Source: Eutreptiella sp. 'Long Island Sound 2002'
Lineage: Eukaryota; Protista; Euglenida
Assembly (NCBI GenBank): GCA_964036045.1
Contig: OZ038378.1
Coordinates: forward strand, 173,166,001 to 173,230,000
Length of the DNA stretch: 64,000 nucleotides
Direction of reading: 5' to 3'
A model generated the notes under the pieces. It worked only from the letters and a program-made list of their open reading frames with translations. It was not told the DNA's origin and did no database searches. Numbering within the stretch: the stretch's first letter is position 1; each line of letters starts with the position of its first letter. The position numbers and the translations under genes are program-made. This document shows, piece by piece, positions 51,615 to 64,000 of the stretch.

Positions 51615-52010
51615 GGAAGCTAGGGGTGAGGTAGCCACTTCTGATTTTCTCCCCGCGCTTGGCGTTGGGGACCCCCGAGAATGCAGGGGTTACGTAGCAA
51701 TTCCGCCCTCTTTTGGGCCCCCAGGAAGGCAAGGATGAGGTACCTCTGATTTTCTCCCCGCGCTTGGCGTTGGGGACCCCCGAGAATGCAGGGATTACGT
51801 AGCAATTGCGCCCTCTTTTGGGCCCTTGGGAAGCTAGGGGTGAGGTAGTCCGTATCCCCAACTCGACTGGCCCACGCAAAAGCGTGGGAGTCCGTATCCC
51901 CAACTCGACAGGCCACGGAAAAGTGTGGGAGTCCGTATCCCCAACTTGAGGGGCCACGCAAAAGCGTGGGAGTCCGTATCCCCAACTCGACGGGCCACAC
52001 CGAAGCTTGG
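51615..52010. repeat. Composite repeat: two ~110-bp units followed by four 41-42-bp units (agtccgtatccccaactcga...)
   Basis: Short units start at about 51847, 51889, 51930 and 51971; the inter-motif sequence is conserved, so this is a minisatellite. Confidence 0.85.
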
Positions 52011-52699
52011 GAGTAAAAAAAAAAGAAGGAAAGAAAGTGAGGAGCACAATTGTTGAACTTGTATTGTCCCCATGCACAGGCGCCCCAACAAAAGCAAGAG
52101 GTCGCTCTGTGCGTTTTTGAATTCCCCTGAAAAATCTGAGCATTTTGGGTAAAAACACATGTGGTGAAAACAAAAGTTCGCCCCGTACCGGGTGCCTAAA
52201 ACAAAATCTCCGGCGCCGACAAAGCACATTGTTCCGTGTAACCATTTTGGGGTCCGTAGAGCCCCCTGTGTGACATTCTTCTAGTTGTTGCTCCTTTACG
52301 GGCCCTGGACGGTCACCCGTTCTTCCCTTCGCATGTTGCGTCGGGTTGCTGCTTTCTGTCGGCCGCTGCGTCCATAGACCCCACCCCTTTGGGGTTGGGT
52401 CCTGACCAGGATCGGCCCCCGTGGCCCATTCCTACAGGGCTCGGACCACGTTGAAGTTCACGAAAAACCACACATCCATGGCCATGTGACAATTTCCACC
52501 ACAACCACGGGAGAGAGAGCAATGGGCCATGATGGCTTGGACTGGGACAGCTCGGTGTCACTGGATGTTGGGTGGTCGGTGCAACGTGCCCAAGCAACTG
52601 CTGTCGGTTCATCGCCAAGCGGCGTCAGCTAAGTGCCATTCTGCCACTTAAAGCCTTCGGCTGATTATGTGTCCTGATGGAAAAGTATTGAAGGTGCAC

Positions 52700-53600
52700 C
52701 TGCCCGAACCTCAGATCCATCTCACAACACAAACTGGGGCACGTACCAGGGCTGCTAGGGCCGAGGCTGACAACCCCTTGCGGTTCACCTTCGCTGTGGC
52801 CTCTTGAAGCGTCCGCTGGAATGGCTCCGCTGTTGCTCTAAATATGAGCCGCATATTCGCCTGAAATCCAAAAAAGAGAGCAGCAGTGCAAAGCACTCGT
52901 GGGGGACAAGGCTTGCACTAGCTGCACCGGCAACAAGCGTCCCGCTGAGGAGTGCACTGGTCGCAGAGAACAGTAGAGCAAGCTTCTGCAACGCACAGCC
53001 CAAACATGTGTCCCTGCACAAATGCTTCTGTCTGCCAAAAGGACACAGTGGCCAAACAAGGAACGAGATAAATAAGTTTCGTTGGCCCTGGCTGTCCTTG
53101 TAGCAACACCACCGGACTGTGCCGCGGCAGTGCAGCTTATGCAGAACCTACCCACAACCTGGACCGCTCCCGCAGGGCATCCAGAAGGGCCACTTCACCA
53201 GCCCGCCCTGCAGCCCTCCTGCCTTCCCTTCCTCCCAGAAGCTGACCCAGAATTAGAATCAACGTCAGGCCATCTGCGCCAGTTAGTATCTCCGCCTGCC
53301 TGCCTGCTGCCTGCCCCCCCCCCGCCTGGACACGAGAGAGGTCCAGCCTTTCAATGTGCACCGGCCTACAGTTGGTGGGGCTGTACAATGCGGCCTTGCC
53401 ACTCAGAAATCCGCAGGGCTGTACTGGGGATGCCAATGAGCGGGACGGGAGGCAGGCAGGTATGGTCGCACCAGGGCACACCTCCCCAAAGGACACTCGC
53501 ATGCTCTTGTTCTGGTTGATGACAAGGCTCTGCAGCGCAATCTCCATCCCGGCGTGGGCATTCTCCTGCACAGCAGGGGTCCAGCTTTCCATTCCCTCGT
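52700..53600 (-). pseudogene. Ingi/I-like non-LTR retrotransposon remnant (RNase H region)
   Basis: GKAALYSP...QAGGGQAAGRQAEIL..ADGL resembles G.A.LY...AG..A.S..AE..A...GL; LQGQPGP and FVQGH.FGL resemble L..GP and FV.GH.G...NE; degenerate. Confidence 0.45.
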
Positions 53601-54284
53601 TATTCTGCTACTGAATCTGAAGAGGCTCTCAGGGTGCTGAAAGTAGCTATGGGTTGGCGTCCTGACTTATCACTAAGCCTGCAAACCGTGCGATGCACAA
53701 CAGAACCCCAGTCCCTGCCTATTTGATTTGATTTGCATTACATTAACTGGCTTGGCAAAACAGCCCCGTAAGGAGCGAATCCACAACGTCCTCATTACGA
53801 ATGAGGCACATCACCACAATGCTCAGGAAGTGGTGTTAAACAGCCTGGCGGAAGGGCTCTCGGCGCGTTAAAAGAAACCAGCTCTTGGAGAAGCCAAACA
53901 AAGCAAATGGATTTAATGAATGCTATTAAGAGAAAGAAGAAGGTTGAGGGTTGTAGAAACATAAATACCAAATCTTAATCCATCACTTAGCAAGACGAAA
54001 GACATTCCGTCCTCTCACTGTTCAGCCTCAGTGAGAAACAGTTCCAGAAACAGTTTGCATGGTTGGAATTGCTTCACGCAGATGCTTGGCAGCTTGTGAG
54101 GGCAATACGCCATAACTCTCTCAGACGAGCATCTCACCAGCTTTGGACATATGGGACCTCACCATCTCACAACGTCACCAAAAAGAGAAAGGCAAACAGC
54201 ACAGCAGTAGGCGAAGTATCATGCATGCAACATATCGAAAGCAGTCACAGCTGTGATGTGACGCTCACGTGACCCCCCGGGCCA

Positions 54285-54600
54285 ACCATCCCACATCTCA
54301 ACGGTCGAAAACCCCCCACATCTCAACGGTCCAAAACCGCCCCATGTCATGCTGGGGCTGTGGACTGTTGAGATTGGATGGGGGGTTCTTGGACCATTGA
54401 GATGGGGGGCGGTTGGACTGTTGTTGTTGTTGAAGTGGGGGGGGAAGTGGACCGTTGAGATGGGGGGGGGGGGGGTTCGGGCTGTTGAAGTGCGGAAATT
54501 TGAGGCCTTTGAGATGGGGGGGGGGGGGGACAGTTGAGATTGGGGGATTTGAGACCGTTGATATTGGGGGGAGGGGGTTGGACCGTTGAGATGGGGAGCT
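54285..54600. repeat. Array of the ggaccgttgagatggggg motif in inverted arrangement
   Basis: Two cccacatctcaacggtc copies are followed by about seven reverse-complement ggacc(g/a)ttgagatgggg copies. Confidence 0.8.
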
Positions 54601-57600
54601 TTTGACCCCAAGTTTTAGCTGCCCAGGTTCAGCAATTCAGGCTCCCCTTGCCAGGGGTAGCGTAGCTTTCGTAGTCTGTGGAGAGGGTCTGACTCTTGAA
54701 ACGGTCTTCCACTGTGACACTTGGTACTCTGGCAGGCAATCTGTATTATCATGACCGAAAAATCCGCAGCCAAACGGACGCTCCAACTGTGGAGCATATG
54801 CGCCGCCACCCAAAACCCGTTCAACTTTCCATTTTGAATGGCATTTTGTGAACACCAAACGGTGGTGTGATTTGCGCGAATCCCCCTCCCACTCCGCTGT
54901 CCTCCTCCGGTACCGGGCAGCGGCTTGTGCATCATGTGGTGAAGAAGCGTAAGCAAAGCAAATACTTTTGCACATTGCCCTCATGGCCTCTCCCCTGCTG
55001 CACACACACGCGCGCGCGCGATCCACACACATCTGTACAGCATGCAGATGGCTCACCTCTCCGTACCACAATGTGAGCTTCAGCATTTGCGTTAGAGGCT
55101 GTGTAACATGGAACGCGCAGACCGGGATGTCGGGGTCGTACACGTCAGTGACATTGTCGTAATTGAACTTGGTGCGAAATTTCTGCCAAAGAGGCCAATG
55201 GAGTGAAACCCACTGAACGCAAGGAAGCAGGGCGCCAGAGACGCCGAAACCTGAACCATTACTGCCAGATAAAGTGTGATCTACCCTCTGTTTGAGGTAC
55301 TGGGCTGTCCGGACTTTACAGGAGGGCAACTGCAAGCTGTGCGCCACAGGAATCCACAACCTGCCACGGCCCCCCGAATGGTGACACTCCAAGCAAATGA
55401 AAACCAAAAATTGGAGAAAACTTTTTTCGACGATCAAAATCCATGTTGAATGTTGATTTGATCAGTCCTGAGAGAGATAATCAGCGGTGGGCCACGGCGC
55501 TCCCCTATCCACTACATGCGACTCCGGTCAATGCTCAGGGGAGCCACTGTGCAACGCTGCGGGTGCACCCCTAGACACGCGCAGGTTCATGCGTGGTTTC
55601 AGACTGAGCCTTCCATGTTGATGTTGCACCTGGGGCGCCGCAGGGGTACGTGGCCTCTGTGCCCTCTGGGGCAGGGAATTGTGCGGGTGATTTCACTTTG
55701 CACGTCTTTTTGAGCGCGTTTCCTTCCAAGTAAATCATCGTGGTTGTAAGTGTATCCCATACAAGGCTTCGTTGGAGTTAGCAGACCCCCGCAAAAAATT
55801 GTGCCAACCCGCGGCGTTTGTTGTTTGCGGAAAAGAAGGACGCGAAGAAAACAACGGTGCGTGGATGCCTCAAACCTGGCGGCCGACAACATTATTTTTG
55901 ATGCACGCTTGGAAATCGGGACAGTCAAGGGATGAAACAGCCATGCTTGAAGCATTCTTGCACGCGAAACTAGAAGGGAGAGGCTAAGAAAACCGTAGGA
56001 TGCACAAAGTACGGCGACATGACACTTGGGGCAAAGCTCCAAGCGAATCCACCGCAAGGAAAGCCATCACCGCTGCCTCAACTAGCCGAGCAAGCCCAAG
56101 TCCACGTTGCCAAGCATTCGGAAGGATCCAAGGTTGCCGCATTATGCCGGTTGCTCGTTGTGCGGAAACGCCCCCTTTGTCAAGATCCATTCCCGGTTCT
56201 CGCGCATCAATAACCACTAGGCCGTCGTGTTCGAATGTAGAGAGGACGAAAAGTGCCGTGCACGCACACCTGTCCGTGGCATTCCACCGTGAGCATCGGG
56301 CCATTGTTAGCCCGGAGCTCCACCGACTTTTCCAGATCCCGGCAATCAGCTAGAGCCACGAAGAGGTTCGGGGGCGGGTGTTTCCGTAGCAACGTCCCAA
56401 GCTCCGTGAGCATAGACTCGGGGTTCTGTGGTGAAGCATTAGGGTGGCCGGCGAAACGGAGCCACTAGGGGGATCGGTCCACGACCTAGGGAGGGTTGGT
56501 TCATTTAGGGGTTCAATTAGTGTATCAATCTCACAACGCACCACTTTGTGCCACCCTCCACCCGTACGACCTCTTGCAACCTTGAAGGATACTGGTGGCG
56601 TGTGTTTTGTCCGAAGTTGTGGGAGCTTCGGCAACAACATACGTCGAGGCCACACCAATGGTTATTACATGCGGCGTTTCTCCGGCCGCCTTGTTACGGG
56701 CAACCAAACCTCCGCGCACGCCGAACAAATTGCACAAACAAAATGCATACGGTTGATGAATTGAGCGATCGAGAGGATTGCAACTTCATTTCACTTGGGG
56801 CCCCAGCAGGTCGAAGGAACACCTACAAAAACATGCCCTAGTGGAAGCAACACCTGCAACAACATGTCTCCGCTTGGAACAACATGCCCGCAAGCCACGG
56901 GATGAGAGTGACATGATAATCGTGTGGTTTACCAATCTTTGGCACCACCGCCCACGAGCATGCGTTCCATAAATTCGCACCCTCCAAATCTGTGTCACGA
57001 AAACTTGTTGGCGAAACAACTTGTGAGCCACCGAAGGTGACATGGTTCGAACTTCCGCAAGTTCGCTAGCTTGATCATGCGGATGGAGGTGAGAGACTAG
57101 TGACGATTCCAAATCAACCATGAGCATGCATAACATTCCAAAGATGCGGCGGAAGGTCAAACATGGAATCACACAAGAGGTGCACCTCGACACGGCATTC
57201 CGTGTAGTGCTCGTTTAGTTGCACAACGGTGTCCAACTCTGCGTACGCTTTTTTGGCTGCCGCGGCCACGTCTTCCGCGACGGCACGGGACGTGTCTCTG
57301 AAATTGACGAGTGGAGCAAGTGAACTTGATGGTTGACATCGTCGCATCGTGGAACCGCTTGAGATCCGACAAACATGGGTAGTTGATCAAGTTTCGGCAT
57401 GCACACCAATGGTGCAACGAGAAAGTGTGCGCACGAATGTCCACGCGGTTACGTTGAACACGTGCCAAAAGGCAACGAGTGACGTGGCTCTTTGAGGGTA
57501 CAATTTCACGATGCTTGCGGTATTCATCGGCACATTGCTCCACGAAACCTACGAAACCCACCCTCACGCGGCTCATGCATGGAGTCCCCAAGTGGGGATC

Positions 57601-60231
57601 ATCTACCTTGGGGAACACACCACATGCCGCGGCATGGTCAATGCTCTCCTAATTTGGGGGATGTTAGGATAGTGCGCCGACAATCTTGTGGCGTCCCGAT
57701 AAATGATGCATGCATCTCTTCCCACAACGACCCCGAATTCCGGTGACGTTGGCACAAGTTGACGCGCAAGCTCATACACAACCATCGCCGATCGAACCTT
57801 GGCCTAGGACCACCTTAATGCGTGGAAAAACGCACATATTCCCACCAACTCGACGTTTCGCACACCCCTTGGTGCATAAAGCAATCATGTGGCGACTGCA
57901 ACACCACACTTGTGCTCGTCGTACTTCTTGAATTCTCCTTGCTTTCTCCGCTTGGTGCTTTAAATTCAATTTTGCCGGATTTGTTGGATTTTTTGATGCT
58001 TTTTCTCCGAGGGGCATTGTGGTGGTGCTCAATACGACGAGAGCGTTTGGGATGAAGCTATGGAGGCGCCAAGGTGCGAAATGCCACGGTGAGGGTTTCC
58101 TCCGCGCCAAGCTTGCTCCAATTTACCGCCGCAAGAGGAACATTGTTTCACCACGGGAAAGCAGGGTCGGGGCATACGGGAAATATCGACAAGCCAAAAC
58201 ATGGCCTCTATATTTGGTGTCGATTGCAGCGCTGCATGGCACCAAGTTGCTCCGGGTTGTTCTCATGCAATCTTGCTAAAGCAATCACCCGCTAAAGGAA
58301 GCTGAAAGAGCAAAGTCATAAATGGCAAGCTTCGTCACCATGGCATCATGAGCGGGCTCAACACGTATCCCAGTTTTCTTGTCTATTGGAGTAAAGCCCA
58401 AATGTATTGGGATCGAGGATTCCGTCGCTCAGGGTGAAATCACGATGTTACTTGTTTGAGAGCGAGAGTGGTTGCTTGCGCGGGAATGAGGTATGTGGAT
58501 TTTAAGTCCGCAAAAGGGCCCACGGCCACAAAAGCGCAACGGAGCCGGGACGGTTCCCTTGATCACATCAATCGTGCATCGGTTCAAATTGTGACAAGGC
58601 CTGCTTCAATCGTGAAACAAGTGCCACGTCCCGTTTTCAATCGGGCGTGAAGAAAGTTCAACCTCACAAGGAAGTTTCATTTAGAGGACCGACGTGCATT
58701 CGGCTGCACAGGTTCTTACGCGTTCAAAATTTAGACTCAAAAAGAACCCTACGCCGCAAAGGATTGGCCACTAGGCGCAACCCTCCTTGCTAAAGGGAAG
58801 ATAGGTAGCGGCACCCCAAGTAGAAATCAAAATTTGCACCATTGGCAACAGGTACAGGATTGGGCGAGCCGCGGTGCAAAAGGCATCATAGCCCACGAGT
58901 TCGGTGTCCCTTCGCTTTGATTTGCTTTGCTTTGAAACGCAAGTACAAACATGCGCCGTGGGTTGTGGCGATTCAGCCATCGATCCAATTCACCGTGGAG
59001 GGCCCTCCAAAGGTGGGGGCATCGCAAGACTCGTGCAGTGGGATCCAGACAAAACAACGTGTGCACGGATCATCCTTCCTGCCCAAAGAGCACTTGTTGG
59101 ATTCCTTTTGCGGGGAGGGATTGGGTCGTTGCAGACAACTCTTAATTCCTTGGGGGTTTCTAAATTTCAGGGGATCTGAGTCAGATTCTGATTTCGCTAA
59201 GATTCGCTACCAGTTTTCCAATTGGAGGGAAGGCCTGGCACAACACGTCCCTGGAGGCACTGACGCAACTAGGTGGGGATTTGTCGACCTAATGTCGACC
59301 TAAGTCGATCGACATTAGGTCGACATCAGGTCGACATTAGGTCGCAATAAGGGCTGCGGTAACAGACAAAAAATGATGAAAAAAAGACGATCAGAAATGT
59401 TCTGTTGAATTATGGAATGCATTTGTCGCATCCGCAGTTAATGAATTAATTATTTGATGAATCGCAATACAGTCAGGTTGATTTTTTGGTTCCAGTTTCG
59501 TTGTGCTGCAGAAATTGCATTTAAGGAAATCTTGTTACGCATCTGCACCTCTGCATCACAGTCTATGGGCACAAGCCACCTTTGTTGTTTTATGCTTGTT
59601 TGCATGCCCCACTGACGAGTCCCTACGAGTGTCTTCACGAACATAAATTTATTATGTTCGTGAAAGCTTGACTTTGACTTGTGATAAGGTTGCCTTTCTG
59701 GTTTGCATTTGTGGTAGGATGGTGTAGATAAGGCAGATAAGCAACGCTAAGGAACCTAAGCAACGATCGAGGTTCAGATTTCCAAAAGTTGGTTGATGCT
59801 AGACGCGTTTCGGGATCGTGGTTGGGGATGATACTCTCAATTCAAGCCCCGATTTGCCTCTGGGTGGCAGTGCGTTTTACCGGGGAACGCACGTGAGTAT
59901 GGTTCCGTTTACCTTTTGAGCTACACTCCATTTTAGAGGTACGCTCAGCGGAACCATACTCCCACCTGAACTGCCTTACTGTATTTACACGTATATAGGT
60001 TACCCAATCATGTATGTATTGTACGCAAGCGGGATTCAATCCCGTGCCCGCCCGGGGCATACGGACCACACATACTGTTGTGGTCCGTATGCCCCGGGCG
60101 GGCATGGGAATTGAATGTGGCTTGCGGCATTGGAGAATGATGAAAATCGTTGAAATTACTTTTGTGACACACAAATTGCAACACCGAACATTCCCAATTG
60201 CACCTCAGATTTGTGATTCACGACCCCGATT

Positions 60232-60232
60232 C

Positions 60233-60284
<52 letters not shown>

Positions 60285-60317
60285 ACAACAACAACAACAA
60301 CAGCAACAACAACAACG

Positions 60318-60375
<58 letters not shown>

Positions 60376-60720
60376 CCTTCCCGGGATGTGGCATCCTCCT
60401 CTTCCGGGGTACCAACCCAGCAACAGCAAGAACAACAACAACAACAACATCAACAACAACTACTACAACTACAAATACTTACGCAGCAGAATCAACAACT
60501 ACGACAACATCTTCAACAACAACAACTACAACAACAACAACAACAACAACAAGCACAACAACAACAACTGCAAAACCACCTACAACAGCTACGACAACAA
60601 CAACAACAACAACTACAACAACAACACCAACAACATCAAATGTTGTATCATACTCTAATCACACAACCACCTCCAACACAACAACCAATAGTTCCACATC
60701 CACCTACTCCAACCACACAA
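60232..60720. repeat. (AAC)n microsatellite, progressively degenerate
   Basis: Directly visible. Confidence 0.95.
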
Positions 60721-61124
60721 CCCCAACAGTTCACTCAACAACAACCCCCATTTCCATCTCTGCCTGGGTCGCAATATTTCAACCCCTGAATCTGGTCATG
60801 AAGCGAAAATGTATGTATAACCATTCCAACACAAGTTGCATGCTACGGATACACTATCCTTTGACCCTTCAGAGAATTTGAGTTCATCAATTTGTCAAGT
60901 TGTTCATGTCCCTTGCATGCCTTTTGTTGTCTTTGTTTGCCCTTCATTGCAATTGCCCTTAATAAGTGCCTAGGATCCAACTTCAATAGACCCACATGTA
61001 GTGAAGTCAGTGCCTATTATATGAGTGACTTCACTACATGGGGATGAATAACACAATTTTTACATCCATTGGGACATCCCAAATCTGCCCATCCATGAAT
61101 TTCTATTTGTCCAATGACATCCCA

Positions 61125-61260
61125 CATCGATGTAATTTGTAGGATTTCCCCATCCAAATCGATGTAATTTGTAGGATTTCCCCATCCAAATCCCTTCCCC
61201 AAGTCGCATTTGACATCCCGCATCCATTAAATTTATCGGATTTTCCCATCCAAATCCCTT
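61125..61260. repeat. 32-bp tandem repeat (gatgtaatttgtaggatttccccatccaaatc) with partial copies
   Basis: Two exact copies at about 61129-61192; cccatccaaatc recurs nearby. Confidence 0.8.
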
Positions 61261-61879
61261 CCCCACATTGGATTTCACCCTCTCCATGCATCCCAAATCC
61301 TTCCAATTTGTAGATCCAAATCTTCCTTTTTATCCTCCAAAATCTTCCTCTTTTTAGGCATTTTTCTTCCCCAGTCACCATTATCCCCGTCTAGTGAAGT
61401 TACTGCCTCCCTGGACATGGTCCAAGATCTACACGGCGTACTCCTGCCACTCTTCCCTCTTGATGAATATGATGCAATTTCTTTTTCATGAAGAAGGTTA
61501 TGATAGGATACCTGTGGGTTGTAACCTGAAATGCTGGGTGATAATGTATCCTGCATCATTCTCATCGAAGCGGACTATGAAGGGCAAGGAAAACATCAAG
61601 GCACATTCTTTCGACACTCGTGTTGCCATTGCGGCATTGGTTTCTTTCTTGTGGAACAATAATGCCCCTCGGCGGATTGTGGTAGAAAAAAAAGCCCAGA
61701 TTACCACAAAGCCATGCCCAGGGAAAGCGGAGGTATTTAGGTTTGCGCTTTGTGCGAAATTGACTTGTAGTGGAATGGAACTGGGTGCGATGACGACTTC
61801 TTTCAAATACCTATCATGAAATGACATTTCTATGAGTTGGGCCACCAAATGGCAATGTCTTTGGGAAGGGAAGCGACTT

Positions 61880-62280
61880 TTGGACGGATTTGCCACGGCG
61901 AAAAAATAGTTCGATGCTTGCATGCGTCCCTTCCCATTTTGCTACTATTTGTTGGTGACGTCGGTGAAGACGAGAAAAGATGTGGGACCACATGAATGGA
62001 AACCACAATCCCTCCATTAAGTTTATGTACAAATTTGAGGACATTCAACCTTGACTCACTAGGATCTCGATCATGCATGAGCCATCCCTCAGTCTCATTT
62101 GTCGGAATGGGTCGTAGATGTGCAATATGAAATTTGTATTTGGACACATAAACACATGTGAACCACAATTGAACTACATGCATGGGAAGCCACAACGTAT
62201 CCACATGCGCCTTTGCACGCTCGCGCACATGGGTTGCATCAAGGTGCACCGTCGCACCACATTTGGCATCCCACACCCTA
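61880..62280 (-). pseudogene. Ulp1-like (peptidase C48) protease remnant
   Basis: VDTLWLPMHVVQLWFTCVYV resembles D.I..P.H...HW...V; after a frameshift HIYDP resembles I.YYDS; a QQ..S-like segment follows downstream. The catalytic residues are degenerate. Confidence 0.4.
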
Positions 62281-63176
62281 TTTTTGAGACCAATACACCA
62301 AAGGAACGTTGCACATCATAGCCGGTGAGCTTGCACTCCATTTGCATGTTGTAGCCACAGAACAACAAGTGAAATAAACGAGCCAAGCAAAACGAAGGAA
62401 TAAAATTTTTTTTGAGGCATGCCTTCAAGAGGCCCAAACCGCGCCCAAAGTTAACCCAAATCAATGGGGAAATTTACTTCCCGTGGGCTAGTACATCGTA
62501 TTACCCAATTAGAGTAGACAATTGTCGAGAAGGGGTGCAATGGATGATGGCACCCGTGGTAGATGTGTGAGCTTCATGGTTGTGCATTTCTCAAAATCTT
62601 GATTCCTCAACCCCTTTGTTGAATGGCACAATGTGTAATAATGGTTTTGGGGTGGAGCGTATTGACACCATGACTGATGTCGACTAAATTTTCTCCCGGA
62701 AAAGACTTTATGGAAATTCACCGACTGAGTTTTTGAATGATTTTTCTTGCGAACAATTTTTTGTTTTTTTTTTTGGCTCGGTTGTTTTTTTTTTCGCGTG
62801 TGAGGGTCTGCGAGAGAGCAATCCGTTAAACGGCGGAAGGTGCACTTGGTGACCATATACTACTGTGGATCTTCGCCAAGTAAGGTGCGAGCGATACTTG
62901 ACTTGTGTCTTCACGACTATTCATGCACGTGTAGCATGCACCAAAACATAGGAATATACACTTTCCATTTGCACGATTTGTAGAGATACCACACATGTAT
63001 CCGGTTCGCGAAGTGAATTTCGATGAAGTTTCAGTGGCTTCACAGGTACCTTGTTTTTGGGCACCTCGGCTGAACCAAACTCGAATTGATGTCGTTCGTT
63101 GGGTCACGCGTGTCATGTGTTGTCCGGGTTCAATGTTGAAGGTTCGGATGCGAAGTCCCCGTCCGTTTGTCCTCAG

Positions 63177-63428
63177 AAGTCATTTCTTTCGACAAGTTCA
63201 TACGCTGAAGGAATGCGAAGAACTGATAGCGTAAAAAAGAGGCATCAATCATTCATCAAAGGAGGTTCACCGTATGTGGAACGCGCCCTTGAACTCTTGG
63301 GTGAACATCTTCATCCCGGTAGCTCTGTCCTCGAGATAGGTACCCGGAACACAGACGGGTTGATCGCATTGCGCGGAATCGTGAAGTCGTCGGGAGTCGT
63401 GCATGGCATCGCACTATCGGAAATAGAG
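63177..63428 (+). other. Possible exon or fragment of a PIMT-like SAM-dependent methyltransferase
   Basis: ALELLGEHLHPGSSVLEIGTRNTDGLIALRGIVKSSGVVHGI resembles ALELL..HL..G...LDVGSGSG.L.A....VG..G.V.GI; flanked by cctcag| and GAG|gtatgg. Confidence 0.4.
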
Positions 63429-64000
63429 GTATGGCAGTTGCTGATATTGCAAATTCATGCGATTGTTGTGTCATATGGACAACCAGCGGAGGCTCAAAGA
63501 GCAGAATAATTTTCAATCGAGCCATGCAACTTCAATGGATGACGAATCATCCTTCGAAATGGTGGTCCACGGAGGCTCAGAAAAACAAAACAAACAGGTC
63601 ATTTGGCGCGCGTATGCTCGCTAAACCCAGCGATACATTTCTTTGCAAGTGAAGAACGAGCAACCGCAAGCAATTTTTGGTTTGCGTCTCTTTTTGCATG
63701 GTAGGTTTCTTTTCTTCGGGTGTGGGAAACAATGCCGCGGAGGAGGGGGGGTTAAGTTGGTCCAGGGGGGGTTAAGCTGATCCAAAATTGTCCAGCGTCA
63801 ACCGTTCCAAAAGGGGCGGAGGGGTTGGGGCTAGGGGCTCACTTGCTGTGGAACGTTCCGTATTGTTGTGGAATGGGAGCTAGGAGCCGGGCTATTTTTG
63901 TGAGATATCAAATATCACTGGTTTGCTTCTCCATGTCACATGAGATTAACGGGTGCGCCTTCAACATTTTTTTTTGTAAGAAGTCGCAACTCCGGAACAA

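Noticed and set aside
51847-52010. CRISPR-like array of a repeated ~20-bp motif with ~21-bp intervals
   Set aside because: The intervals are near-identical rather than unique spacers, there are no cas genes, and the context is eukaryotic; it is a 41-bp minisatellite.

Overview
This is repeat-rich eukaryotic nuclear DNA, not prokaryotic. Multi-kb GT-AG introns, TTAGGG-like tracts and pyrimidine-AG acceptors just upstream of start codons suggest a euglenozoan, possibly euglenid, genome (inference only). I reconstructed four apparently intact host genes by hand, all on the minus strand: a 4-exon secreted phospholipase B-like gene (25328->18877, 539 aa), an intronless F-box-like/LRR gene (32266->30125), a 4-exon MATH-BTB (SPOP-like) gene (41226->38016) and a 2-exon EF-hand gene (50420->48015). 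A fifth frame, missing from the ORF track, is a CaMKII association (hub) domain (34512->34135) broken by one in-frame TAG. The rest is mostly mobile DNA. It includes a 4.3-kb composite of about 1.1-kb inverted-repeat-bounded units nested in telomere-like repeats, a tRNA-related SINE, several MITE-like families, and many micro- and minisatellites. There are also decayed remnants resembling PIF/Harbinger, piggyBac, DIRS, chromovirus and non-LTR elements, plus a Ulp1-protease-like fragment. Remnant calls rest on motif recognition by eye and need HMM confirmation. No CRISPR array, rRNA or intact tRNA was found.
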